From: an uncultured delta proteobacterium
Lineage (GTDB): Bacteria > Myxococcota_A > Polyangia > Fen-1088
Length of the DNA stretch: 64,000 nt
NCBI GenBank assembly: GCA_963796685.1
Contig: CAWCMR010000010.1
Location: 96,001-160,000 of the forward strand
Direction of reading: 5' to 3'
Positions within the stretch are counted from its first letter, which is position 1; every line of letters starts with the position of its first letter. Under the pieces are notes generated by a model. It was not told the DNA's origin. It saw only the letters and a program-made list of their open reading frames with translations, and did not search any database. Shown here piece after piece: positions 1-11,366 of this stretch. The position numbers and the translations under genes are program-made.

Positions 1-668
1 TCTCCCTCGTCGAGAAATGGGGTCTGCACCGCGCGTTCGTCGACCTGGCGCGTGTTCGAAGGTCGCAGTGCCACGGGCGGCAACGTCCATTCCCGGCGGT
101 TCCTGCCCGCCCCCCAGTGCAAGAGCAGCGGGCCCTCCAAGTCGGTGGCCAGCGCCACCTCGACGCCGGCTTCCGACCGGTGCATGGCGACGGCCAAGGC
201 GTAGCCTTCGTCCAAGGTGTACAGGCCTTCGTGACAAGGCGCCTCCGCGCCGGTCAGCGCGCGCGCCGCCATCGCTGGCGTGCGGGCAAGCGGCCTAGGC
301 GGGGGCAAGGCGACGCGGTAGTTGCGGCCCTGGTTGCTGTCCCAGCGCGAGGTCTTGGCGTCGCGCAAGGCGAACTCGAAAAAGGCGAATCTCCAGGCGG
401 CCTCGATGTGCAAGGTCAAGCCATCCTCGGCTGCGGCCAGGGGGGTGTCGACGGCACGGTCGGCAGACGTGGAATCTCTTGGCCAGGCGGATTTCGGCGG
501 TTGCCGCCACAGCGCACCCGCATGGCGCGCGAACCCCCAATGCAGGATGCACGCGGGGCCGGCCAGCTTGTCGATCACGAGGTCGAAAGCTTGGTCGCGC
601 GCGCGCACCGTCGTCTGCAAGACGACGCCGCTCGCGGTCGCGATCTTCTGCGTGATTTCGTTCTCCAC
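1..668 (-). CDS. Partial protein (runs off window start) with two tandem CBM45-like starch-binding motifs; likely N-terminus of an alpha-amylase or glucan-water-dikinase-like enzyme
   Basis: Not in the ORF track because there is no stop in the window. Manual translation from GTG at 668: MENEITQK...CILHWGFARHAGALWRQPPKSAWPRDS...AVDTPL...WDSNQGRNYRV...PLLLHWGAGRNRREWTLPPVALRPSNTRQVDERAVQTPF. Co-directional with the GH57/GT4 genes. Confidence 0.75.
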   Translation of the reverse strand, partial: MENEITQKIATASGVVLQTTVRARDQAFDLVIDKLAGPACILHWGFARHAGALWRQPPKSAWPRDSTSADRAVDTPLAAAEDGLTLHIEAAWRFAFFEFALRDAKTSRWDSNQGRNYRVALPPPRPLARTPAMAARALTGAEAPCHEGLYTLDEGYALAVAMHRSEAGVEVALATDLEGPLLLHWGAGRNRREWTLPPVALRPSNTRQVDERAVQTPFLDEG

Positions 669-759
669 TCGGCCCTCGTCCCTCTCGCGAATGCAGTCGC
701 TTCTCCCAGTGGCCGCTCTAGCACGAATCCGCGCCTCTGCACGTCGAAGCAGGCGGCCG

Positions 760-2349
<1,590 letters not shown>

Positions 2350-2364
2350 GGTGTCCTCCGCGGG

Positions 2365-3426
2365 TCAGGTGTCCGAGGGCGACTTCGCCGTGCCCACTTC
2401 TTCAGCACCGGCTCCGGCAGCCGGCGGCCTTTCGCCAAGCTCGTCCACGACCTTGCGGTAACCGCACAGGCCAAGGCGATGCCCGAGGTCGGGATCGGAG
2501 AGCACGCGGTGGATGCCCGCGACGAAGCTGGCGGCTTCGGCGTCGACGAGGACGCTGTTTTTCTCGTGTCGGCACAGCTCGCCCGACACGGCGCGGGTGG
2601 CCACCACCGGGCGGCGCGCGGACCAGCCGGCGAGAATTTGCCAGTCCTCGGTCTGCACCGGGCTCGGCACGGCCACGAGGTCGGCCGCGGCGACCAATTC
2701 GCGGATCTCGCTTCCGCCGACATGACCCACGATGCGGACGGCGTAATCGAGCAGCATGTAGCGCGACATCACCCGCAACGGCCACAGCAGCGGACCGTCG
2801 CCGACGAGCACCAGGCGCGCTTGCGGGTGCTTTTTGAGAATCGCCGGCATGGCGCGAACCAGGACATCGGGCGCGTGGCGATCGTCCAGATCCCCGACGA
2901 ACAAGATGGTTGGATCCACGGGACCGATGAGGTAGCGCGCCTTGACCGTTCCTGGATCCAGGTCAGACGCGAACTCCTGATAGGGGAAGGTGCGCCGGGG
3001 AGCCTCGGGCTCGGGCGGTGGGGCCGGCAGCTGCTCGTGCAGGACAAGTGCTGTGATGGGCGGCTCGGGCGGTGGGGCCGGCGGTTGCTCGTGCAGGACA
3101 AGTGCCACGATGGGCGGCTCGGGCGGTGGGACCGGTGGCTGCTCGTGCAGGACAAGTGCCGCGATGGGAGGCTCGGGCGGCGGGGCCGGCGGTTGCTCAT
3201 GCAGGACAAGTGCCGCGACGGGCGCCGAGGCCGCGACAGGCGGCTCGGCCGGCGCCTCGGGCGCGATCCTCGCAACGCTGGCGGCCTTATCGTGGCCCGT
3301 CCTGGCGAGGGCGGTCTCGGGCTTCATCCGCGGCCACGCGTTGGCGTTGACCGCCTCGGCCCCGACCTCGGAGCGATTCCCGGGCAATCGTCGGTGGGCC
3401 TCGGCATGCGAGCGGGCGGGGATCAT
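2365..3426 (-). CDS. GT4-like glycosyltransferase C-terminal domain with Pro-rich repeat N-terminus
   Basis: ILFVGDLD...LVLVGDGP...ADLVAVPS. ATG at 3426 overlaps the upstream stop (ATGA). Usual E.FG...E motif is degenerate (QTEDWQILAGW). Confidence 0.7.
   Translation of the reverse strand: MIPARSHAEAHRRLPGNRSEVGAEAVNANAWPRMKPETALARTGHDKAASVARIAPEAPAEPPVAASAPVAALVLHEQPPAPPPEPPIAALVLHEQPPVPPPEPPIVALVLHEQPPAPPPEPPITALVLHEQLPAPPPEPEAPRRTFPYQEFASDLDPGTVKARYLIGPVDPTILFVGDLDDRHAPDVLVRAMPAILKKHPQARLVLVGDGPLLWPLRVMSRYMLLDYAVRIVGHVGGSEIRELVAAADLVAVPSPVQTEDWQILAGWSARRPVVATRAVSGELCRHEKNSVLVDAEAASFVAGIHRVLSDPDLGHRLGLCGYRKVVDELGERPPAAGAGAEEVGTAKSPSDT
3006..3220. repeat. Coding tandem repeat, about 4 x 54 bp (IAALVLHEQPPAPPPEPP)
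   Basis: GCAGGACAAGTG recurs at 3039, 3093, 3147 and 3201. Confidence 0.92.
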
Positions 3427-5321
3427 CGCTGTCCCCTTGCGCGCTCCGAGCTCGAAGCGGTGACCAGGCCGGTCTCGCTCAGCTCCGGAAAGGTCCGCGC
3501 GCAAAGGTCGGCATAACTTTGGGCGAGCCCGCTCCAGCTCGCGCCCTCTCCTTGCCGCCCGCCGGTTCTTCCCATCTGTTCGCTGTGGCGAGGGTCGTCG
3601 AGCAATCGACTCATTCCCCAGACCAAGGAAGGCGGATTGTCGTAGACCAGCAAGCCGTCTTCTTCGTGGCGAATCAGGTACGCCGGGCCCCCGTGGGTCG
3701 TGAGCACCGGCCGGGACGCGCGGCGGGCAAGCTCGGCCACCGCATGGTCCTGCGCCAAACGGTGGCGGGCCGGCATGAGCAGCGCCTCGCTGGCGCGCAG
3801 AAGGGGAACCAATCGTGCGCGTTCCACGTGTCCCAACACGCGGATGGCGTGTCCAACCCCGAGCTGGTTGCCGCGGCCCACGAGATGACCGCGCATGCCT
3901 CCCTCGCCGGCGAAGACCAGGCCAACGTTGGGGGTGCGGGAGAGAACCGTGGGTAAGGCCTCGATGAGCAAGTCAGGGCCGGCGGCCCACTCGAGTGGGC
4001 CGACGAAGAGGAGCACGCGGTCGAAGGGGTGCAGGCCCAGGTCGGCTTTGACTCTGCCGTGGTCGAGCGGCGTCTCCCATTCGTCGACGGGACGACCTTC
4101 CATGGGGAAGGGATGGATATGTGCGCTGTCGGCGCCAAGGTCGGTCGCGGCGCGGGCATGCAGCCACGTGGGGACGATGAGGCACTCGGCGGCACGCGCG
4201 AGCTCGCGCTCGGTCTTTTCGATCTCCATCGACATCTCGGTGGCCGCGGTGCCGTTGCGCCGGGTGGGCTCGATCGACGTGAGCGCCAGGGTGGCCGGCC
4301 TGGTGCCCATCCATGGCACGAGGGCGGTCATCCACTCTTGCATGTGGAAGTAGTCGAAAGGAGGCAGGCCACGCAAGCACGTCTCCAGCGAGCGCGCGAA
4401 GGCCAAGGCGGTGTCGATCGGACCGCTCGTGGGGCCAAGCACGAGCGGGTGGTAGGCGACGCCTGCGCACTCCGCGTCGGCTTGGAAGTCCTCGTGGGCC
4501 GGCACGAAGGCATGCACCTCTTGCCCCTGCGCGTGTAGCTCGCTCCCCAACGAGGTCACGAAGGTGGCCACCGGCCCTGCGTGCCCGACCGCCTCAGCCT
4601 CGAAGCTCAGCATGGCGATGCGCAGATCCCGGCGCAGGCGGGGTTTGCTGCGCTCGCGAACGTAGCTCGTGCTCTCCCATGGGCTCGGCACCGGTTCGGG
4701 CGCCAAGCGATCGTCGACATAGAGGGCGGCATCATCGTGGTGCGACGACACCGTCGGGGATGGAAAGGCGGTGGCCGTGCTGCGCGCCGCCGCGATGAAC
4801 TCTCCATTGCGCAAGACGAAGCCGACCTCCGCGAGTTGCGTGGTTCCGGCGAGCGGAAAGGCCACCAGCCGCTGGCCGCTCAGGCCATCGATGGCGATGT
4901 CGCGCAGGCGGTGCGCGTTCATCCCGTTGAACTCGAGAAAGGAGACGTCGTAGAGGCGAACCACGAAGCGCGAACCGTTCCAGTGATCGCGCCTGCGCGC
5001 CGACGTGGACTCGATCCAGGAGGGCTGCACCCGCCACACGACGAACGCCTCACCGGGTGAGACCGCACACAGATTCACATAGGTATCCGGGCAAACATGG
5101 GCATCGTGCGCGCGCCGGGAGCCGATCTCCCAGGCGTAACGTCGCAGGCCGACCACGTCGAGCTGCGGGGGTGCTGGAGCGTGACCTTCTCCTTCTCGAT
5201 CGGGTAAGGAATCCGTACCCCGCCGCAGCGATCGCTCCGCGTAAGCATCCTCGGTCGGCGTCGAGCTCTCGGCCCGTATCGTCGGCGCAGTCACTTCACT
5301 TTCGACTCCTGCACGCATCAT
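3423..5321 (-). CDS. DUF4912-like domain fused to GT4 glycosyltransferase
   Basis: N-terminal TYVNLCAVSPGEAFVVW...VRLYDVSFLEFNG; C-terminal GT-B fold segments (LRIAMLSFE, LLFVGPL, LVFAGEG). Confidence 0.8.
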   Translation of the reverse strand: MMRAGVESEVTAPTIRAESSTPTEDAYAERSLRRGTDSLPDREGEGHAPAPPQLDVVGLRRYAWEIGSRRAHDAHVCPDTYVNLCAVSPGEAFVVWRVQPSWIESTSARRRDHWNGSRFVVRLYDVSFLEFNGMNAHRLRDIAIDGLSGQRLVAFPLAGTTQLAEVGFVLRNGEFIAAARSTATAFPSPTVSSHHDDAALYVDDRLAPEPVPSPWESTSYVRERSKPRLRRDLRIAMLSFEAEAVGHAGPVATFVTSLGSELHAQGQEVHAFVPAHEDFQADAECAGVAYHPLVLGPTSGPIDTALAFARSLETCLRGLPPFDYFHMQEWMTALVPWMGTRPATLALTSIEPTRRNGTAATEMSMEIEKTERELARAAECLIVPTWLHARAATDLGADSAHIHPFPMEGRPVDEWETPLDHGRVKADLGLHPFDRVLLFVGPLEWAAGPDLLIEALPTVLSRTPNVGLVFAGEGGMRGHLVGRGNQLGVGHAIRVLGHVERARLVPLLRASEALLMPARHRLAQDHAVAELARRASRPVLTTHGGPAYLIRHEEDGLLVYDNPPSLVWGMSRLLDDPRHSEQMGRTGGRQGEGASWSGLAQSYADLCARTFPELSETGLVTASSSERARGQR

Positions 5322-5346
5322 CTTGATTCCTCCTTGCCAGCGTGTC

Positions 5347-6510
5347 TCAGCTCACCTCGCAGTACAGCGATTCGGTCTGCTCGGCGATGCAATCCCAGGT
5401 GAACACGGCGTCGACCGCCACGCGGCCGTTGCGTCCCATCCAGCATCCTTTCTCGTAGTCGGCCAAAAGGGTTCCAAGACCCCATGACACCGAATCGGGG
5501 GTGTCGTCCACCTGCAATCCGTTCACCCCGTGCCAGACGAATTCGGCCGGTCCGCCCCGTTTGGTGCTGACCACGGGCCGGGCCGCGCTCCATGCCTCGA
5601 GAATCACGATGCCGAAAGGCTCGTTACGGCTGGGCACAACCACCACATCGGCGGCCTTGAAGATGTCGGCCAACTCTTGTCCACCTATGTGCCCCAGAAT
5701 GCGCAGGGCGTGGGCGACCCCGAGTTGGTGGGCGAGCGCGCACAGCTCGCCTCGCATGTGGCCGTCGCCGGCGAAGACGAACTTGGCGCTCGGATAATAG
5801 CGCATGACCGAAGGCATGGCGCGCACGAGAATGTCCGGGCCCTTTTGCACCGTGAGACGGCCGGTGAACAGGATCATCGGATCCAGCGGGCCGATGGCGT
5901 AGCGACGTTTCACCTCGCCCGGGTCGAGCTGGTAGTCGAAGCGGTGCGCGTTGACACCATTGTAGATGACCTTGGCCTTGGTGTCGGGGACCTGGTACAG
6001 CCATTTCAACTCGCTCTTGAGCTGATTGGAGACCGCGATGACCCGGTCGACGCAGTAGGTGCCGTTTCGCTCGTGATCCGCAATTCTCTGAGCCGTGCCC
6101 CCGTAAAGCCGATTGCCGTTGCGCCCGAATTCGGTCGAGTGCATGGTCAGCACCGCCTTGCGGTGGCGGCTTTCCCTGGCCCACACCACTGCGTTCGAGG
6201 ACAGCCAATCGTGGGCGTGCAGGACATCGAAGGGTCCCAGCGAGTCCTCCACCGCAAAGCACTCGCCGACGAAGGCGCGGCACATGTTGTTGATCTCGTC
6301 GACGAAACTGGGGTGCAACGGGAACGGGCAACGATGGTAGTGGACGTCGTCAATGTGGTCGTAGGTCGACTGGCCGTGCCCGATACGGGTGAATACATGG
6401 ATGTCGTGGCCCCGGCGCGCCAGCGCGGCCGCCAACTCGGAAACGTGGACGGCAACCCCTCCTACCGCGATGGAATGCAAAGACTCCCATGCAAAAAGCG
6501 CTACGCGCAT
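5347..6510 (-). CDS. GT4 glycosyltransferase, probable alpha-glucan/glycogen synthase
   Basis: MRVALFAWESLHSIAVGGVAVHV, HAHDWL, GRLTVQKG, PSRNEPFGIVILEAW (intact GT4 motif). Confidence 0.88.
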   Translation of the reverse strand: MRVALFAWESLHSIAVGGVAVHVSELAAALARRGHDIHVFTRIGHGQSTYDHIDDVHYHRCPFPLHPSFVDEINNMCRAFVGECFAVEDSLGPFDVLHAHDWLSSNAVVWARESRHRKAVLTMHSTEFGRNGNRLYGGTAQRIADHERNGTYCVDRVIAVSNQLKSELKWLYQVPDTKAKVIYNGVNAHRFDYQLDPGEVKRRYAIGPLDPMILFTGRLTVQKGPDILVRAMPSVMRYYPSAKFVFAGDGHMRGELCALAHQLGVAHALRILGHIGGQELADIFKAADVVVVPSRNEPFGIVILEAWSAARPVVSTKRGGPAEFVWHGVNGLQVDDTPDSVSWGLGTLLADYEKGCWMGRNGRVAVDAVFTWDCIAEQTESLYCEVS

Positions 6511-6845
6511 TCCCGGTCTCCCAAGAGCTCTGAAGAATGTTTTGCCCCTCGACTTGGACTTCGGATCGTCCCCGGGGCAAGGAGAGCGATCCCGCAGCAT
6601 TGCAGTTCCACCTATAGATGCCGGGTCGGTAGGCTAGGTGACCATCCCACCTCACCTATTGCCTCACCCATTGCGCGGCTTAGCGCGTCGCGATGCCAGA
6701 GCGTCCGTCGACGATCTAACCGAGGCTGCCGGCTCGCCCAACTGGCAATGGGAGCGGAGGGACGCCATCTGATTTGACAACCATTCCGTGTTTGAACAGG
6801 ATAACGCCCTGCCGTGAGCAGTCGAAACGCACCAAGGGGGATGCC

Positions 6846-7064
6846 ATGAGATGCTGGTTCTGCAACGAGGAGGCCCGCGGCAGTTGCGCCGTCTGCGGGC
6901 GTGGCCTGTGCCGTGGACATGCCAACGTCCATGACGAGCTCACGCTCGTCAAGTCCGATACCTCAACCGGCTATGCGACCTACTTGAACGCCTATGACAC
7001 CTTGAAGTGCAGCGAGTGCCGTTTGGAATGGCGATCGTACGGGCCACATGGGCCGAATCCGTGA
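6846..7064 (+). CDS. Small Cys-rich zinc-finger (B-box-like) protein
   Basis: AAGGGGG RBS; MRCWFC...CAVCGRGLCRGH...KCSEC. Confidence 0.7.
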   Translation: MRCWFCNEEARGSCAVCGRGLCRGHANVHDELTLVKSDTSTGYATYLNAYDTLKCSECRLEWRSYGPHGPNP

Positions 7065-7090
7065 CCACGCTCGCGTGCTCCTCGTGGCTG

Positions 7091-9312
7091 CTAATCGGCC
7101 GGTCCTTCCGCGACTTCCCGTTTGACCAGCTCCAGTCGGTCGGCAAGCACGCGCAAGAGCTTGGGCAGGGCAACGTGGCGCGCCCGGAGTGCCTCCAGGT
7201 GTTCCCAGACGATCTCCTGTACGCGCCGCCAGTCATTCGTCGGCGCGATGCTCCCCGCGTGATCGACCAGTGTGAGCGCTAGCTGCCAATCGGCTGGCTC
7301 CTCGTTCTGGCCTCGTGCTCCGCCACGAGTCGCGTCGATGCGAGCCTCGAGATAGGTGACAAGGGCGAGCGTCATCAGGCGCGTGAGATCCGCCTGCTCG
7401 CTGGTGGTGCATGGCGCGAGCTTGTCCGCCACCGCTAGGAGCGCGCGGCATCCGCTGGCCTCACGTGTGCCCGGAGCCATGCGCCAGAGCGCACCCAGGC
7501 GCAGGGCCTGAACGGCCGCCGCGTCGAGATCGTCGAGGCCCAGGGTGCGCCGCCCGATCTCGCAAGCGAATCCGGCGCCGCCGTCGTAGGTGCCAGAAAA
7601 TTCAACGGTGGTCGTGTTCCCCGTGGTCCGCTCAATCACCTCGGCCTTGCCCCGAACGGCTCGTTGCGCTCGACCGATGTCCAGGCTCTCGCTCTCGAAG
7701 CTCGAACCCCGGTAATTCGGCGACACTCGGGTGCGTGGAAATGAAGGACGAGAACGCCGCGCGTGCCACGACGAGCTCGGGCGTGAAACGATCGCGGCAG
7801 GCGCGCTCATACGCGTCGGCGCCGGTGCCCGATTTCGGTTGATTGCTGCGCGCCTGGGCGAGCACGGCGATGAGCTCCTTTTCGGGTGGCTCCCCGCCGA
7901 AGCGTCGCCACAGATCCATGGCGTGGGCAGCCCTGCGCAGGGCGATCGCCGACTCGGCTCCGGCAATATCGTCGAAGAACCAGGCGCAACTGGCGTACAT
8001 GAGCAGCAGCGAGCGCTGCATTTCCATGAGCAGCAACGCGCGCGTGGCCACTCCCCCACGGTCGTGTTGCAGGATCGGCTTGGCGATCTGGCGTAGGCGC
8101 TGTTTGCGCCCGTCAGGTCCATCGTGTGCCACGGCGCCGTAGTCGTCGCGCGCCTGCCATGGATCGACGAACCAATCCCCGGCTGCGTCCTCGAAGAGAG
8201 CGGCGGCTCGGTCCCGCAATAGATCGAGCGCGCGGCGCAAGGGTGCGCGCCACGCCTGGCTGGTGTTCTTGGTGCTGTCCATGCGGCAGCCACAGTCGCG
8301 CAACCAGCGACCGAGACCGTGGCTGCAGCTCCAGGCCGTGCCCTCGCCGTTTTCGCCCGGCCGCAGGCGCGCTTCCCAGGTCGCGGGTGAATCGGCCAAG
8401 AAGGCTTGCAGGTTCGTGACCTCGATACCCTGGGCCGGTGCCATCACGCTGGCGGCGTAGGCCAGGGTGAGGTCGGCGAACTTCTTGTGGTGCCCGTAGA
8501 GCTTCTCCGTCGGAGGCGGCCAACACCAGACGCTTGCCGGAAACCTTGGATCGTTCAGCCGCGCGCTGGATGGCCTGCAAGAAATTGCCGGCGTCATGGG
8601 TCATGGTGCCAAAGGCCAGGTCTCGCGAGAGCGGGCCGTTGAATACGGCGAGGGCGATGGAGCGGCCCGAGCCATCGGGATGAAGAAAACGATAGGCTCG
8701 GCCGGTATCCACGGTTTCACTCGTGACCTCTTGCCAGTGGCCACCCGGCAAGCGCACGGCCTGAATCTGTTCGGGTGCCAGGATGGTGAAGCGAATGCCG
8801 GCGTCGATCAGCGCGGCCAGGGTTGCGTCGTTGGCCGCCGTTTCCGGCAGCCACATCCCGATTGCGTCGCGAGCGAAGTGGCGCCGAAAATCGGCCAGGC
8901 CCCAGACAATCTGCGTACGCAGATCGTGCGGCGAGAGCAGGGGCGTGATGGGATGGGCCCAGACCTGGGCCAAGGCACCGCCTCCGGAAAGTCGTTCCTG
9001 CTGGTCTTCGTCGCCGTTCCGTATGCGCCGCAGAGTCTGCTCGCCGCGTCGCTCGAGCCATTGGGCCAGGGTCGGCCCCACGTCGAAGGACATGTGCGCG
9101 TAGTTGTTGACGATGGAAGCGACGCGATCCTGGGCTCCGTAGATGCGCGCGGAGGCGTTGGCCTTGTAGCACTCGGCATGAATGCGTGCATTCCAGTTCG
9201 GAAAGGGGGCGGCGCTTGGCTCGCGCGGCACCTCGTCGGTCCACGGATTCTCCCGCGGCGGCTGGTAGAAGTGCCCGTGCACGACCAGAGCGATGGCAGA
9301 ACGCGCCTTCAT
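7091..9312 (-). CDS. GH57-family DUF3536 protein, split by two frameshifts (about 8505 and 7700)
   Basis: VHGHFYQPPRENPW, MWLPETA, ASDGE / LYGHHKKF, AWSCSHGLGRW, MYASCAWFFDD spread over three frames; may be an intact gene with assembly indels. Confidence 0.85.
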
Positions 9313-9439
9313 GGAGGCAAAAATGTACCGTGGGCCAATTGGGTTTGCACGCGACCGCCGCCCGGCCTCGGGCCGTCGTCAACGTTTGCACGCGTGCCCT
9401 ACTCCCGCGACGAACGTAGCAATATCGTGGAAGGTGGCA

Positions 9440-9600
9440 CTTGCGCCTCCGACACGACCACGCCCGATTTCGCGAAGACGCACCGCATGCTACTCGGAAG
9501 AAGTTGAATTTTCCGTGCTTGACCTGGTATCAGTCAACGCGGCATACATTCGCCTCCCACTGGGTGACGGACAGTCGCTCGGCTGGGAGCACTGCGACAA
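9440..9600 (+). pseudogene. Tyrosine integrase C-terminal relic
   Basis: LTWYQSTRHTFASHWV resembles the box II ..RH.FAS motif; lies just upstream of tRNA-Ser. Confidence 0.55.
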
Positions 9601-9683
9601 TCGCAGAAGAAGGAGTGACAGGGCACGAAGGACAATGGCACAACAGCTGCGCTGATGCGTCGCAAGTAGCTGAAATTACTCAT

Positions 9684-9768
9684 GGAGAGATGGCCGAGTG
9701 GCCGAAGGCGCCTGATTCGAAATCAGGTTTACCGAAAGGTAACGTGGGTTCGACTCCCACTCTCTCCT
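9684..9768 (+). tRNA. tRNA-Ser(CGA)
   Basis: GGAGAGA/TCTCTCC acceptor stem; CCTGA-TTCGAAA-TCAGG anticodon arm; long variable arm; GTTCGAC T-loop; CCA not directly encoded. Confidence 0.95.
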
Positions 9769-9807
9769 CTCACCATTAAATAGCGAAATAGCGAGTACTC
9801 TTCACAT

Positions 9808-10056
9808 AGAATAACGCGTGAGCGACGGCAAGCATGGCTTGACGGCGCTCGACGCGGGGGTTTTAAAGGACCCTCCCAGGGTCCTTTTCTGGAATAACGC
9901 GTGAGCGACGGCAAGCATGGCTTGACGGCGCTCGACGCGGGGGTTTTAAAGGACCCTCCCAGGGTCCTTTTCTAGAATAACGCGTGAGCGACGGCAAGCA
10001 TGGCTTGACGGCGCTCGACGCGGGGGTTTTAAAGGACCCTCCCAGGGTCCTTTTCT
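9808..10056. repeat. 3 x 83-bp tandem repeat between the tRNAs, two hairpins per unit
   Basis: Units start at 9808, 9891 and 9974; each contains AAAGGACCCT-CCC-AGGGTCCTTT. Confidence 0.95.
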
Positions 10057-10061
10057 AGATC

Positions 10062-10146
10062 GGAGAGATGCCCGAGTGGCCGAAGGGGCATGATTGGAAA
10101 TCATGTGTACCGCAAGGTACCGTGGGTTCGACTCCCACTCTCTCCT
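10062..10146 (+). tRNA. tRNA-Ser(GGA)
   Basis: GGAGAGA/TCTCTCC acceptor stem; CATGA-TTGGAAA-TCATG anticodon arm; long variable arm. Confidence 0.95.
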
Positions 10147-10325
10147 CAGTTTTGATGGGAACCCTGAGAGGGTTCCCAAACCCTCCCGCGCTCTGGCGAC
10201 GGCGGGCAAAGCCCGCCTTCGCCAACGCGATTGACGGGAACGGGAGGAGCGGACGAAAACCGAACAGGGCGGTGACGGCGGGCAAAGCCCGCCTTCGCCA
10301 ACGCGGTGATGGGAACGGGAGGGTA

Positions 10326-11366
10326 GTCCTTTCAAGATGTTGAAAAGCCAGCGACTGAAAGCGGGATTGGCGTCCTGGCGGCCGCGTAGCGGCCATATCT
10401 CCTCGCCCCGCGGCCACTCGGGGAGAGGACGCCGCGCGAAGCGCGGCAGGCGAGGGGCCGACGCGCTCGCTCTTTCGCGCGCCCCTCACCCGCCGACGCG
10501 GACGTCGGCGGCCTCTCCCCGACGGGGAGAGGCTGGGATCTTGGCCCGCGCGAACACCTTGAAAGCTCGCAGAACACCTGGGCGTCGCCGTCCGCGTTGA
10601 GGCTGGGATCTTGGCCCGCGCGAACACCTTGAAGGGGTTGCCCTGGGAGGGTTCGCTTCGCAACCGGCACTCGCCAACCCGCACTGCCGCTCCCGCGCTA
10701 CGCGCGGCCTCGCCAAACCCTCGGCCCCTACCCGTCACCCACCACCCCCACCCCGCCACTGCGCTCGGCCCCGCGCGCTTTGGCATCAGACCGGTAGGCC
10801 GTGGGCAAAGCCCGGCTACGCCAACGCGGTTATGATGGGAACCCTGGGAGGGTGTCCTTTCAAGATGTTGAAAAGCCAGCGACTGAAAGCGGGATTGGCG
10901 TCCTGGCGGCCGCGTAGCGGCCATATCTCCTCGCCCCGCGGCCACTCGGGGAGAGGACGCCGCGCGAAGCGCGGCAGGCGAGGGGCCGACGCGCTCGCTC
11001 TTTCGCGCGCCCCTCACCCGCCGACGCGGACGTCGGCGGCCTCTCCCCGACGGGGAGAGGCTGGGATCTTGGCCCGCGCGAACACCTTGAAAGCTCGCAG
11101 AACACCTGGGCGTCGCCGTCCGCGTTGAGGCTGGGATCTTGGCCCGCGCGAACACCTTGAAGGGGTTGCCCTGGGAGGGTTCGCTTCGCAACCGGCACTC
11201 GCCAACCCGCACTGCCGCTCCCGCGCTACGCGCGGCCTCGCCAAACCCTCGGCCCCTACCCGTCACCCACCACCCCCACCCCGCCAGCTGCGCTCGGCCC
11301 CGCGCGCTTTGGCATCAGACCGGTAGGCCGTGGGCAAAGCTCGGCTACGTCAATGCGGTGATGGGA
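10326..11366. repeat. Non-coding 528-bp tandem duplication rich in REP-like palindromes
   Basis: GTCCTTTCAAGATGTTGAAAAGCC at 10326 and 10854; identical spurious ORFs offset by 528 bp. Confidence 0.92.

Noticed and set aside
9808-10056. CRISPR array call for the 83-bp repeats
   Set aside because: Units are essentially identical end to end, with no unique spacers and no cas genes.
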